Assembly (NCBI GenBank): GCA_965250285.1
Contig: OZ252299.1
Span: 4,020,368 to 4,084,367 of the forward strand
DNA: 64,000 nucleotides
Direction of reading: 5' to 3'
From: Myxococcota bacterium
GTDB taxonomy: Bacteria; Myxococcota_A; UBA9160; UBA4427
Below are positions 49,056 through 58,446 of this stretch, piece by piece (the stretch's first letter is position 1; each line of letters starts with the position of its first letter). The notes beneath the pieces were generated by a model that ran no database searches, had not been told where the DNA came from, and was given only the letters and a program-made list of their open reading frames with translations. A program made the position numbers and the translations under genes.

Positions 49056-49835
49056 ATGGCCGAGCACCTCGAACTCTCCGGCAGACGCTTCGACCCTCGC
49101 AAGGCGCGCTGGCGCGGACCGCTGTGGCAGGAGGCGCGTCGGGCGTTCGATGCGCTGATGAACGACCCCGACGATACGCAGAAGGCGCTCGACGTCATGT
49201 ACGCGCTCGACCCGGGCGCACTGCAGCGCGACTTCGCGCGCTTCCTCGCCCATCCGAGCGGGCGGCGCCTGTTCGCCGAACGCAGCTCGCTGCGCGAGGC
49301 GCTCGCCCCCGAGAAGCTGCGCAGCCTGCCCGAAGGCTCGCTCGGCCGCGCGTACCTCGCCCACCTCGAGCGCTGGCAGCTCGACACCGAGAAGCTCTTC
49401 GAGCTCAACTGGGATCACGAGAGCGCCGCCGATGCCGACGAGGGGCTGCGCTGGTACATCGAGCGAAGCGTCTTGCTGCACGACATGTGGCACGTGCTCG
49501 CTGGCTACGGCGCGGACGACCTCGGCGAGGCGGCGCTGCTGCCGTTCAGCCTCGCGCAGCAGGGGGGGCTCGGCCGTGCATTGCTGAGCCTCGGGTCGGT
49601 GCTCCAGGCCTGGCGACAAGCCGATCGCGACTGGCCGCGCGACGTCTTCGCCGCGTGGCAGCAGGGGCGACGCGCCGTCGACCTCGGCTGTGTCCCGTAT
49701 GAAGAGCTGCTCGCCGAGCCGCTCGACGAAGTGCGGACCGCCCTCGGCCTGCACCCGCCCGCATCGGTGCACCGCGGCCGCGTGCCCTGCGGCCACGGCT
49801 CGGCGCTGCAGCGCCGGCTGCGGCGCGCAGCCTGA
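49056..49835 (+). CDS. Coq4 family protein
   Basis: LRSLPEGSLGRAY and HDMWHVLAGY..D..GE (HDxxH-x11-E). Confidence 0.85.
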   Translation: MAEHLELSGRRFDPRKARWRGPLWQEARRAFDALMNDPDDTQKALDVMYALDPGALQRDFARFLAHPSGRRLFAERSSLREALAPEKLRSLPEGSLGRAYLAHLERWQLDTEKLFELNWDHESAADADEGLRWYIERSVLLHDMWHVLAGYGADDLGEAALLPFSLAQQGGLGRALLSLGSVLQAWRQADRDWPRDVFAAWQQGRRAVDLGCVPYEELLAEPLDEVRTALGLHPPASVHRGRVPCGHGSALQRRLRRAA

Positions 49836-49944
49836 CGCGCCGGAGCCGCCTGCCCGCTGATCGCGGCGCGCCTGTGCGCGTCGATGCGCAGTCGTGCGGC
49901 GCACTGCTAGCGTCGGCGAGCCCCTCCACGCGTCGAGATTCGAG

Positions 49945-50907
49945 ATGCCCCGCTTCCCCGAGCCGCCCACGACCGACTACGCCTCGATCTATCTCGAGGA
50001 TACCGACCGCGCGCTGCCGGAGACGCTGAACCCGAGCACGCGCTACACGCACTTCACCACGATCGCGCGCGGCGGCAAGTCGATCATCCAATCGTGCCGT
50101 GACCGCTATCTCGCGCGGACCATCTGTTACAAGAAGCTCAAGCCCGAGTTGCGAACGAACGTGACCGAGACGGCTCGCTTCTTGCGCGAGGCCCGCGTCA
50201 CCGCTGCGCTTCAGCACCCGAGCATCGTGCCGACCTACGAGCTCGGTCGCGAGCGCGACGGCACGCTCTACTTCACGATGAAGCTCGTCCACGGGCTCAC
50301 CATGCGCGAGCTCCTCGACGAGGCGTATCGCGAACGGTACGACCTCGTCCAACTCGTCGACGTGCTCATCCACGTCCTGCAGGCGCTCCGGTACGCGCAC
50401 AGCCATCGCGTCGTCCACCGTGACATCAAGCCCGAGAACATCCTCGTCGGTCGCTTCGACGAAGTCGTGCTGATGGATTGGGGACTGGCCAAGGTGTGGG
50501 CTGAAGACGGTCGAACCGACGACCTCGCGAGCCAGGAGCCCGTGGACGTCGAGGCCGCGGCCACGACGCTGACCGGGGCTGGCAACGTCGAAGGCACGAT
50601 CGCCTACATGTCGCCCGAACAGGTGCGCAAAGATCCCGAGATCGACTACCGCACCGACATCTACAGCGTCGGGGTCGTCCTCTACGAAGTGCTGGCCCGG
50701 CGCGTTCCGTTCGTCGGCGACACGATCGAGCAGATGACGCGGCAGATCACCGACGCCCAGCCGCCCAAGCCCTCGTCACTGACGTCGATCCGAATTCCGG
50801 GCTGGCTCGAGGCCCTCTCGATGCAGTGCCTCGCGAAGGATCCCGACGATCGCGTGCAGACCACCGACGAGCTGATCCGACGGCTGATCCAGGGGTTCGA
50901 GCGCTAG
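49945..50907 (+). CDS. Hanks-type Ser/Thr protein kinase (stand-alone)
   Basis: RFLREA, HRDIKPEN, DWGLAK, GTIAYMSPEQ, DIYSVG. Confidence 0.93.
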   Translation: MPRFPEPPTTDYASIYLEDTDRALPETLNPSTRYTHFTTIARGGKSIIQSCRDRYLARTICYKKLKPELRTNVTETARFLREARVTAALQHPSIVPTYELGRERDGTLYFTMKLVHGLTMRELLDEAYRERYDLVQLVDVLIHVLQALRYAHSHRVVHRDIKPENILVGRFDEVVLMDWGLAKVWAEDGRTDDLASQEPVDVEAAATTLTGAGNVEGTIAYMSPEQVRKDPEIDYRTDIYSVGVVLYEVLARRVPFVGDTIEQMTRQITDAQPPKPSSLTSIRIPGWLEALSMQCLAKDPDDRVQTTDELIRRLIQGFER

Positions 50908-51048
50908 GCCCGCCCGTGACGTCGCCGGCCCGGCCGCGCACATGCCCCGCGGCCTGCTACACCCTTCGTGTGAGGCCGCGTGGTCGGGCCCCCGACTCGG
51001 GTGCCCAATCGAGCCCCCCCCCGGGGCAAATCGGGCGTGCTGCGACCC

Positions 51049-51140
51049 TGCCCGCAATCTGGGCAGAGTGCCTTCCAGATGGGCAGATATTCCGCCCAGA
51101 TGAGCCAGAGTCGTCCCACATTCTGGGCACGGTTGCTGCA
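51049..51140 (+). promoter_or_regulatory. Sigma54 -24/-12 promoter with upstream 17-bp inverted repeats
   Basis: GGCAC-N5-CTGCA (GG 51126-27, GC 51138-39); TGCCC-N7-GGGCA at 51049 and TGCCT-N7-GGGCA at 51069. Confidence 0.7.
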
Positions 51141-51199
51141 ATATAAGCCGACTTCACAGCACGACTTTCACACCCCCATTCGCAGGAGCAACGAGAACC

Positions 51200-52216
51200 A
51201 TGAAGAGCAAGCTGGAGTACATCTGGCTCGACGGCTACGAGCCGACGCAGTCCTTGCGCAGCAAGACGCGCGTCGAATCGGATTTCTCGGGCAAGCTCGA
51301 GGATTGTCCGATGTGGTCGTTCGACGGCAGCTCGACCGAGCAGGCCGACGGCAGCGACAGTGACTGCCTCCTCAAGCCCGTCGCCATCTTTCCCGACCCC
51401 GATCGCAAGGACGCGTACCTCGTCATGACCGAGGTCCTCAACGCCGACGGTTCGCCGCATTCGTCGAACGGCCGCGCCACGATCGACGAAGACGACGACG
51501 ACGACGACTTCTGGTTCGGCTTCGAGCAGGAGTACTTCCTGTGGGATCCGGATACGGACAAGCCCCCGGGATTCCCCCGCGCCGGCTTCCCCCGAGCCCA
51601 GGGCCCGTACTACTGCTCGGTGGGCGCCAACAACGCCTACGGCCGCGAGATCATCGAAGAGCACTTCGACCTCTGCCTCGAAGCCGGCATCAACGTCGAA
51701 GGCATCAACGCCGAAGTGGCGGCCGGTCAGTGGGAGTACCAGGTGTTCGCGAAGGGCGCGAAGAAGGCGGGCGACGAGACCTGGGTCTCGCGCTACCTGC
51801 TCGAGCGCACGTCCGAGAAGTACGGCATCGCGATCGAGTGGCACCCGAAGCCCCTCGGTGCGACCGACTGGAACGGCTCGGGCATGCACGCCAACTTCTC
51901 GAACAAGGTGATGCGTGAGTCGGGTCAGGAAGACACCTTCAACAAGATCTGTGAGCAGTTCGGCAAGAACATCGATCGCCACATCTCGGTCTACGGTGCG
52001 GACAACGATCAGCGCCTGACCGGTGCTCACGAGACCCAGTCGATCGACCAGTTCAGCTACGGCGTTTCGGACCGTGGCGCGTCGATCCGCATCCCGGTCG
52101 GGACCGTCGAGGATGGCTGGAAGGGTCGTCTCGAGGATCGCCGGCCGGCGTCGAACGCCTGCCCGTACAAGGTGGCGGCCGCCATCGTGAAGACCACGAA
52201 GGAGGCCGGCGTCTGA
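51200..52216 (+). CDS. glnII: Glutamine synthetase type II
   Basis: 338 aa; EYIWLDG, WSFDGSST, FGFEQEY, QGPYYC, NAEV..GQWEYQ, DWNGSGMHANFS, RLTGAHET, EDRRPASN. Confidence 0.93.
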   Translation: MKSKLEYIWLDGYEPTQSLRSKTRVESDFSGKLEDCPMWSFDGSSTEQADGSDSDCLLKPVAIFPDPDRKDAYLVMTEVLNADGSPHSSNGRATIDEDDDDDDFWFGFEQEYFLWDPDTDKPPGFPRAGFPRAQGPYYCSVGANNAYGREIIEEHFDLCLEAGINVEGINAEVAAGQWEYQVFAKGAKKAGDETWVSRYLLERTSEKYGIAIEWHPKPLGATDWNGSGMHANFSNKVMRESGQEDTFNKICEQFGKNIDRHISVYGADNDQRLTGAHETQSIDQFSYGVSDRGASIRIPVGTVEDGWKGRLEDRRPASNACPYKVAAAIVKTTKEAGV

Positions 52217-52246
52217 TCCCAGACGCTTGCTTTCGAGCGAGTCCCG

Positions 52247-52284
52247 GAGCCGGGGTTGGACTGTGTCCGACCCCGGCTCTTTCG
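52247..52284 (+). terminator. Intrinsic terminator after glnII
   Basis: GAGCCGGGGTTGGAC-TGT-GTCCGACCCCGGCTC followed by TTTCGTT. Confidence 0.8.
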
Positions 52285-52297
52285 TTCTCTCGAGCCG

Positions 52298-52855
52298 CTA
52301 CCAGCGCTTCTTCTTGCCCTTGTGGCGCGTTCCGCCGCCGCCCTCGTGGCTGATCTCGAGGGCCAGCTCGGCTACGGCGCGGGCGGCCTCGTGGATCGTC
52401 GCGTAGCCGTCTTCTTCGAGCCGCTGCTTCGCCGCGCGTAGATCGTCGGGCTTGAAGCTCGTATTGACGCGGGGGCGGAGTGAGAACAGGTGCCCCATGT
52501 GCACCTCGCTGGCGCTGATCGGTCCCACGCTCTTCGGCCGGGCGGGCGCCGTTGCGGCGGCGGCCACCGGCTGCGCGGACGACGGCTCGGACGTCTCCTT
52601 CGGGGGGGCCTGTTTCGGCGCCGCCTTCGAGGCGGCGGCCTTCTCGGCGGCCGGCTTCTTGGGCGCCGACTTCTTGGCTGCTGCGCTCTTCTTGGCCGCG
52701 GCCTTCTTGCCCGCAGCCTTCTTCGCAGCGGGCTTCTTCGCGGTGGCTTTCTTCGCCGTCGATTTCTTCGCGGTCGTCTTCTTCGCGGTCGTCTTCTTCG
52801 CGGTCGTCTTCTTCGAAGCCGACTTCTTCGAACCCGACTTCTTCTTGGCAGCCAT
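52298..52855 (-). CDS. Histone H1-like Lys/Ala-rich protein with small C-terminal domain
   Basis: MAAKKKS...(KKTTA)3 KKSTA KKATA KKPAA; three exact 15-bp repeats at 52771-52815. Confidence 0.8.
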   Translation of the reverse strand: MAAKKKSGSKKSASKKTTAKKTTAKKTTAKKSTAKKATAKKPAAKKAAGKKAAAKKSAAAKKSAPKKPAAEKAAASKAAPKQAPPKETSEPSSAQPVAAAATAPARPKSVGPISASEVHMGHLFSLRPRVNTSFKPDDLRAAKQRLEEDGYATIHEAARAVAELALEISHEGGGGTRHKGKKKRW

Positions 52856-53085
52856 CGTCACCCCCCAGCGACCGGGCGTCCGCGTGCGTGGCCCGCTCGA
52901 CTGGATCGAGCGTGACCGCGGAGGCCTCCCGGCTCGCACGATACGGCAGATCGACTCACGCGTCGGGGGGACGGCCACGCCATGGGTGATTGCCCCCGGA
53001 TCCCGCCGGACGAGGCGGTAGACTCCACCGAAGCGCGCGGGCCGACCCAGCCAGGGGCGGCCGCCGCGCCTCGTGGAGAACATCG

Positions 53086-53976
53086 ATGGAACGACTGGAT
53101 GGGCGTGTGGCCGTCGTCACGGGCGGCGCGAGCGGCATCGGGCGGGGCATGGGGGAGGCCTTCGTCGCCAAAGGCATGAAGCTCGTGATCGCCGACGTCG
53201 AGATCGCCGCACTCGAGCAGACCGTGAGCGAGATGAAGACGGCCGGGCACGACGTCACGGGCGTGCGCTGCGACGTGACCGATCCGACCTCGGTCGACGC
53301 ACTCGCGCAGGCGACCCTCGACGCGTACGGCGCCGTTCACGTGCTCTGCAACAACGCGGGCGTGGCCGGCGAGACCGGCCCCACGTGGGAGCGCTCGATC
53401 GAAGACTGGGACTGGTTGATGGGCGTGAACCTGCGCGGCGTACTGCACGGGATCCGCAGCTTCGTGCCGATCATGATCGAGCAGGGCGATGAAGGGCACA
53501 TCGTCAACACCGCATCGATGGCCGGGCTCATGCCGGGGGGCGGCACGTACGGCGTCAGCAAGTCGGCGTGCGTCGCGCTCTCGGAGAGCCTCTTCGGCGA
53601 GCTCAGCGGCGCGGCCCCGAAGATCGGTGTCTCGGTGCTCTGCCCCGGCTGGGTGAAGACGCGCATTCTCGAGTCGGAGCGCAACCGACCCGAGGCGCCC
53701 CGCAAACCCACGGGGCCAACAGACCCGCTCGTCGAGCGGTTGCGCGGCGTGGCCACCCAGGCTGTTGCAGACGGCCTCGACCCGCGACGCGTGGGCGACA
53801 TCGTCGTCGACGCAATCACTTCACGGCGCTTCTACATCCTCACCCACGACTGGCAGGACATGATCGAGCACTACATGCATCTCGTGATCGACGGCAAGGA
53901 TCCGGTCGGCAAGCCACCGCCGGGCTTCAGCCCGGCCGAGATCATGGCCGCGCTCGGAGGATCGAATGACGGATGA
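53086..53976 (+). CDS. Short-chain dehydrogenase/reductase
   Basis: TGGASGIG, CNNAGV, NTASMAG, YGVSK. Confidence 0.94.
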   Translation: MERLDGRVAVVTGGASGIGRGMGEAFVAKGMKLVIADVEIAALEQTVSEMKTAGHDVTGVRCDVTDPTSVDALAQATLDAYGAVHVLCNNAGVAGETGPTWERSIEDWDWLMGVNLRGVLHGIRSFVPIMIEQGDEGHIVNTASMAGLMPGGGTYGVSKSACVALSESLFGELSGAAPKIGVSVLCPGWVKTRILESERNRPEAPRKPTGPTDPLVERLRGVATQAVADGLDPRRVGDIVVDAITSRRFYILTHDWQDMIEHYMHLVIDGKDPVGKPPPGFSPAEIMAALGGSNDG

Positions 53977-54838
53977 GGTTCGATACGAAGAGAAGGGATC
54001 GATCGCGATCATCGCGCTCAACCGCCCCGACAAGCTGAACACCCTGACCGAAGGCGTCGTCGCCGGCCTGGCGGACGGCATCGATCGCGCGACCCGGGCG
54101 CGCGAGGTGAGGGCCATCGTGCTGCGCGGCGAGGGTCGCGTGTTCACGGCGGGCTACGACCTCGTGGCCTCGGGCGCCGGCGGCTGGGGCAGTCCCTACG
54201 ACGCGCCCGGGCCCGAGCCGCGCGAGGGCGCGTGGGATCCCGTCCGCGACTACCAGTTCATGAACCGAAACGTCGAACGCTTCATGAAGATCTGGCACTG
54301 CCCCAAGCCCGTCATCGGTCAGATCCACGGCTTCGCCGTGGGCGGGGCCACCGACATGGTGTTGTGCTCCGACCAGCTCTTCATGGCCGAAGACGCGTTC
54401 ATCGGCTACGCGCCGTCGCGCATCTTCGGAACGCCGACCACGATGATGTGGGTGTACCGGCTCGGGCTCGAGCACGCGAAGCAGTTCTTGCTCTCGGGCG
54501 AGGCGATCGATGCCGAGACGGCGCTGCGCATCGGACTCGTATCGAAGGTCTATCCCGCCGATGAGCTGCCCGCCCGCGTCGAGGAGCACGCCGAACGCTT
54601 CAAGCACATCCCGGGCAATCAGCTCGCGCTGAACAAGATGCTGATCAACCAGGCCTACGAGAACATGGGCCTGCGCACGACACAGATGCTCGGCACGTTC
54701 TTCGACGGGGTCACGCGCCACACCGAGGAGGCCTACCGCTGGGCCGAGTCGTTCCGCGAGAAGGGCTTTCGCGAGGTCATTCGCGAGCGCGACGCGCCTT
54801 GGGGCGACTACGGCGAGCGACCGCGCGAGAAGGACTAG
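53966..54838 (+). CDS. Enoyl-CoA hydratase/isomerase (crotonase) family
   Basis: LNRPDKLN, FTAGYDL, PKPVIGQIHGFAVGG. Confidence 0.93.
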   Translation: MTDEVRYEEKGSIAIIALNRPDKLNTLTEGVVAGLADGIDRATRAREVRAIVLRGEGRVFTAGYDLVASGAGGWGSPYDAPGPEPREGAWDPVRDYQFMNRNVERFMKIWHCPKPVIGQIHGFAVGGATDMVLCSDQLFMAEDAFIGYAPSRIFGTPTTMMWVYRLGLEHAKQFLLSGEAIDAETALRIGLVSKVYPADELPARVEEHAERFKHIPGNQLALNKMLINQAYENMGLRTTQMLGTFFDGVTRHTEEAYRWAESFREKGFREVIRERDAPWGDYGERPREKD

Positions 54839-55149
54839 GAAGTGTCTGCAGAACTCACTTCACGCACGCCAGAACACCGCTGAGGGTGAACTCGATGGCC
54901 AATCGGCAGACGTTGCAGGGGAGGCTCGGAAGCGGAGGGGCACGGCGACGCGCCGCGAGCGCTTCCCGGCCGCGAGCGCTGCGCTCCAACCGAAGCGTCC
55001 CGAGGCCGGGGCAGGCGGGGGGACCGCGCGCAGTTCGCAGGCGCGACGTGCGCAACACCCGAGCTTCCCGGGTGGATCGCGCCGAGAATGTCTGAGCACG
55101 GTCCCCCCGCCTGCCCCGGCCCTGGCACGCCGGACTGTGCAGAGGTTCC
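54839..55149. mobile_element. Candidate MITE/REP-like non-coding element
   Basis: Imperfect terminal inverted repeats (8/12 match), flanks CTAG and CTGG, perfect internal 23-bp inverted repeat (55004-26 / 55099-121). Confidence 0.5.
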
Positions 55150-55160
55150 CTGGCCGCCGC

Positions 55161-56075
55161 TCAGCCGAGCCCGTCGCGCACCTCGGGCCAGCGAGCGAGG
55201 AATCGCTCGCCATCGGCGCGACCCATGTCGAACGTCTGCTGCACGCCTTCGGGGTTGGTGTAGTCCCACTGCGTGATCGGGATGTCACCAGAGGGCTGCA
55301 CGTAGGTGCGGTTCGCCCCCTCGGTTCGGTTCGTCGGGCCATGGGGAAAGCTCAGCAGGATGAGCGCCGGGCCATGCCGGTCGACGAGCGACGCGGGTGC
55401 GTTGTCGACCACACCGCCGTCGACGACCGGCCTTCCGCCGCGTCGGTAGTACGGCATGATCGGTGGCACACACGACGAGTGCAGAATCAGCTCGACGAGC
55501 TGTTCTGGCGACTCGCATTCGCGCGCCGATACGAGCTTGGGGCTGAACCCGAGGCGCGTGCCCCAGCGCGCATGCACCAGTCGCTCGCGCTGGTTCAGCA
55601 TGGTCGCGACCACGCCGAGCGCGAGCGCCCGACGCGCCCCGAGCATGCGATGGGGGTGCGCGATCAGCGCACTGAACTCCTGTGTCTCCTGCAGATGTCG
55701 CAGGTCTTCGGGGCCGATGTGGTCGCGCAGGACGCCGCCATAGATCCGCTCGTGGGGAAACGCGCGCTCGCCCGCCTCGCGCTCGCGGCGTCGCAGGTAG
55801 TTGCTCGGGTTCAAGTCGACGCGCACCTTGAAGTCGGCGAGCACCTCGTCGATGCGACCGAGGGCCGCGGCAACGGCGAAGGCCGCTCCGGCGCTGACGC
55901 CTACGAAACGCTCCGGGGCCAGCCCGATCTCGGGCGCCACCACCTGCCAGAAGCCGATCTGCCAGAAGCAGCGACAGCCGCCGCCCGCGAACACGGCCGA
56001 CCGGTAGGGCGCGACGGCATCGCCACCCCGCTCGGCGGGTGAATCGCTCGGCTGCGGTTCGATCGCGTCACTCAT
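55161..56075 (-). CDS. Patatin-like phospholipase
   Basis: GGGCR, GVSAG, DGG. Confidence 0.9.
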   Translation of the reverse strand: MSDAIEPQPSDSPAERGGDAVAPYRSAVFAGGGCRCFWQIGFWQVVAPEIGLAPERFVGVSAGAAFAVAAALGRIDEVLADFKVRVDLNPSNYLRRREREAGERAFPHERIYGGVLRDHIGPEDLRHLQETQEFSALIAHPHRMLGARRALALGVVATMLNQRERLVHARWGTRLGFSPKLVSARECESPEQLVELILHSSCVPPIMPYYRRGGRPVVDGGVVDNAPASLVDRHGPALILLSFPHGPTNRTEGANRTYVQPSGDIPITQWDYTNPEGVQQTFDMGRADGERFLARWPEVRDGLG

Positions 56076-56142
56076 CGACACCACCCGATCCGCGGGTCGC
56101 CCGCATCGCCTGCGCGACACCGGGTCGAGGCTCTTCGGTCCA

Positions 56143-57033
56143 TCAAGCGGGGACCTCCCCCTCGATCATGTAGCGCCAGAAACGTCGCGGCTCACCCTTG
56201 GCGAAGTCGCCCTTCGCCTTGTGCTGCACCGACGCATTGTCCCACACGAGCACGTCGTGGTCGTGCCAGCGGTGCTCACACGCGGGCGCGTCGGCCTCGG
56301 CGCGGTCCTGGAGCGATTGAAGGAGCGCGCGTCCCTCGGCCTCGTCGAGCTCGCGCACGCACTTCGCGCGATCGAGATCGATGAACAGCGCCCGCGTCCC
56401 TGCGACGGCGTGCGTTCGTACGAGGGGATGTTCGACGTCGACGAGCACCTCACCCTCACCGCGACAGGCGCGACGCGGCGGAAACGCATCTTCGTTGTTG
56501 AAGCCGTAGACGACATGCAGACCGTCGATGCGCTCACGAGTCGCCGCGTCGAGCCCCTCGTAGGCCGCGCGCATGTCGAGAAAGCACGTGGCGCCTCCGC
56601 CACTCGGAGGCAGGGCCCGTGCATGCAGCACGGTCGCGCGCGCCGGACGCTCGGTGTACGAGTCATCGCTGTGAAACGTCTCGAAGAGGCCGGGGCGATC
56701 GTCATCGAGCCCGCCGAACGAGAGATCGCCGAGCTTCTCGCGGAGCACATCGGTCAGCACGAAGCCGGCATCGATCACCTGACGCGGCTCGCTGTAGCGG
56801 TGGGTTCCACCGTCCTTCGTGCGGCCGACCGGATCCTTGATCTCGCCGAAGAGGCGGGCGACGTGCTGCAGCTCTGCGTCTTCGAGCGCGCGAGACAGGC
56901 GCAGACACAGCACCCCCACGCGCGCGAGAAGCGCCTGAAGCTGTCCGGCGTGCTCGGCCGTCGGCGCGGTCGCGTCGAGGCCGCGCACCTCGGCGACACC
57001 GAACCCGGGCTCGTCTTCGCGAACTTCGAGCAC
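56143..57033 (-). CDS. TauD/TfdA family 2OG-Fe(II) dioxygenase
   Basis: FHSDDSY, GGATCF.DM, HPLVRTH, WDNASVQH..R. Confidence 0.92.
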   Translation of the reverse strand: MLEVREDEPGFGVAEVRGLDATAPTAEHAGQLQALLARVGVLCLRLSRALEDAELQHVARLFGEIKDPVGRTKDGGTHRYSEPRQVIDAGFVLTDVLREKLGDLSFGGLDDDRPGLFETFHSDDSYTERPARATVLHARALPPSGGGATCFLDMRAAYEGLDAATRERIDGLHVVYGFNNEDAFPPRRACRGEGEVLVDVEHPLVRTHAVAGTRALFIDLDRAKCVRELDEAEGRALLQSLQDRAEADAPACEHRWHDHDVLVWDNASVQHKAKGDFAKGEPRRFWRYMIEGEVPA

Positions 57034-57433
57034 CGTCGTCTCCCTCGAATCCACTTCAGTGCGATGCACCGCCGGCGCCCCGCGTCGCGGGGCGACGGCC
57101 TCGATCGCGACCCTCGAGTGTCGCCGAATCGAGCCACGCTTTCCCCGTGTGCACGGCGGTGCCCGCCGCGGCGCGCGGCCCCCGCTGCACGGGGCGGCCA
57201 TCCGCCGCTCGCGGAGGCCGCCCGCGCGCGGCCAACGGGGACGGCGCGTGGCCCCGCGCCCGCGGGTCGTCGCAGGCGGCCCAAGAGCATGGGAATTCTT
57301 CCCGTTTCGAGTTCAAAACCGCGATGCGCTATGAGAAGATGAGCAAGCCGGGTGGATTCCCCTTCGAATTTGTCCGGACTTGCCGACTTGAATTGCCCTG
57401 GCCTGCCCTCGTCGACTGCCCGAGCCGTTCCAC

Positions 57434-58366
57434 ATGCCCTTCACCCCGACCGAGCCGTCCCCCGCCGCACCTTCGCCCCAGCTCGCGCGCACCGTGCGCC
57501 GCGTGCTGCGACCGCTCGTGCGGCTGATGCTGACGCACGGCGTGACGGTTCGGCCGGCCGCGGAGCTGCTCTCTCAGGTCTACGTCGAGGTGGCCATGGC
57601 CGAGCTCGAGCGGGACGGCAAGAAGCCGACCGACAGTCGGCTCTCCGTGATGACGGGGATCCATCGCAAAGCGCTGCGCGCACATCGCACTCGATCCGAG
57701 CCTGCGCCCGCCGGCTCGGGGACGTCGGCGCTGAGCGCACAGCTCGTCGCTCGCTGGCGGACCGACGCGGCCTACTGCGAGCCCGGAGGCCGCCCGCGTG
57801 CCCTGCCCCGGCGCACGAACGACGATGCCGCGCCGAGCTTCGACGGACTCGTCCGATCGGTCAGCAGCGACGTGCATCCGCGGACGGTGCTCGATGAGTG
57901 GCTGCGCCTCGGCGTCGTCGAGATCGACGGGCACGACCAGTCGATCCGCCTCGTCCCTTCGGCGCTCGTTCCGGCGCAGGACCTCGAAGCGAAGCTATCG
58001 GGGCTCGGCGGCAACGTGCACGATCACCTCGAGACCGCTGTCCACAATCTCGAGGATCGCGGCCCGGCGCGATTCGAGCGCAGCGTGACCGGCGACGGAC
58101 TCGATTCGGATTCGGTGAACGCACTCAGCGGCTTCATCGAGCAGGCTGCGACCGAGGTGCTCGATGCGATCGAACGACGAATCCACGCGCTCGAGGCCCG
58201 GTCGATGCGCGCGGTCGGCGACGCCGGCGAGGCGGCGACGGCGCACGATTTCGATGAACCCGACGCGAAGCACGAACGGGTCCGGCTGGGCGTCTACTTC
58301 CACCGAGAACCCGCGCCGGTCGAACCCGAAGAGCAAGACGGCGACGAGCGCAGCCTCGATCGATAG
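57434..58366 (+). CDS. DUF6502 family protein
   Basis: LRPLVRLML..GV, YVEVA, SRLSVMTGIHRK, SFDGLVRSVSSDVHPRTVLDEWLRLG, FERSV. Confidence 0.8.
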   Translation: MPFTPTEPSPAAPSPQLARTVRRVLRPLVRLMLTHGVTVRPAAELLSQVYVEVAMAELERDGKKPTDSRLSVMTGIHRKALRAHRTRSEPAPAGSGTSALSAQLVARWRTDAAYCEPGGRPRALPRRTNDDAAPSFDGLVRSVSSDVHPRTVLDEWLRLGVVEIDGHDQSIRLVPSALVPAQDLEAKLSGLGGNVHDHLETAVHNLEDRGPARFERSVTGDGLDSDSVNALSGFIEQAATEVLDAIERRIHALEARSMRAVGDAGEAATAHDFDEPDAKHERVRLGVYFHREPAPVEPEEQDGDERSLDR

Positions 58367-58446
58367 AGAGCCTCGCGCGGCCGGTGGACGTCCAGCCGGC
58401 GCGCGCGCTCCGTCGTGCCCGCCCCTCTCGCTGGAAGCGCCGCGGA

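Noticed and set aside
51014-51022. C9 homopolymer as a phase-variation switch
   Set aside because: Upstream of the enhancer sites in GC-rich DNA; no evidence of an effect.
51485-51508. GAC microsatellite in glnII (DEDDDDDD)
   Set aside because: In frame and in a loop that is plausibly acidic anyway; minor slippage at most.
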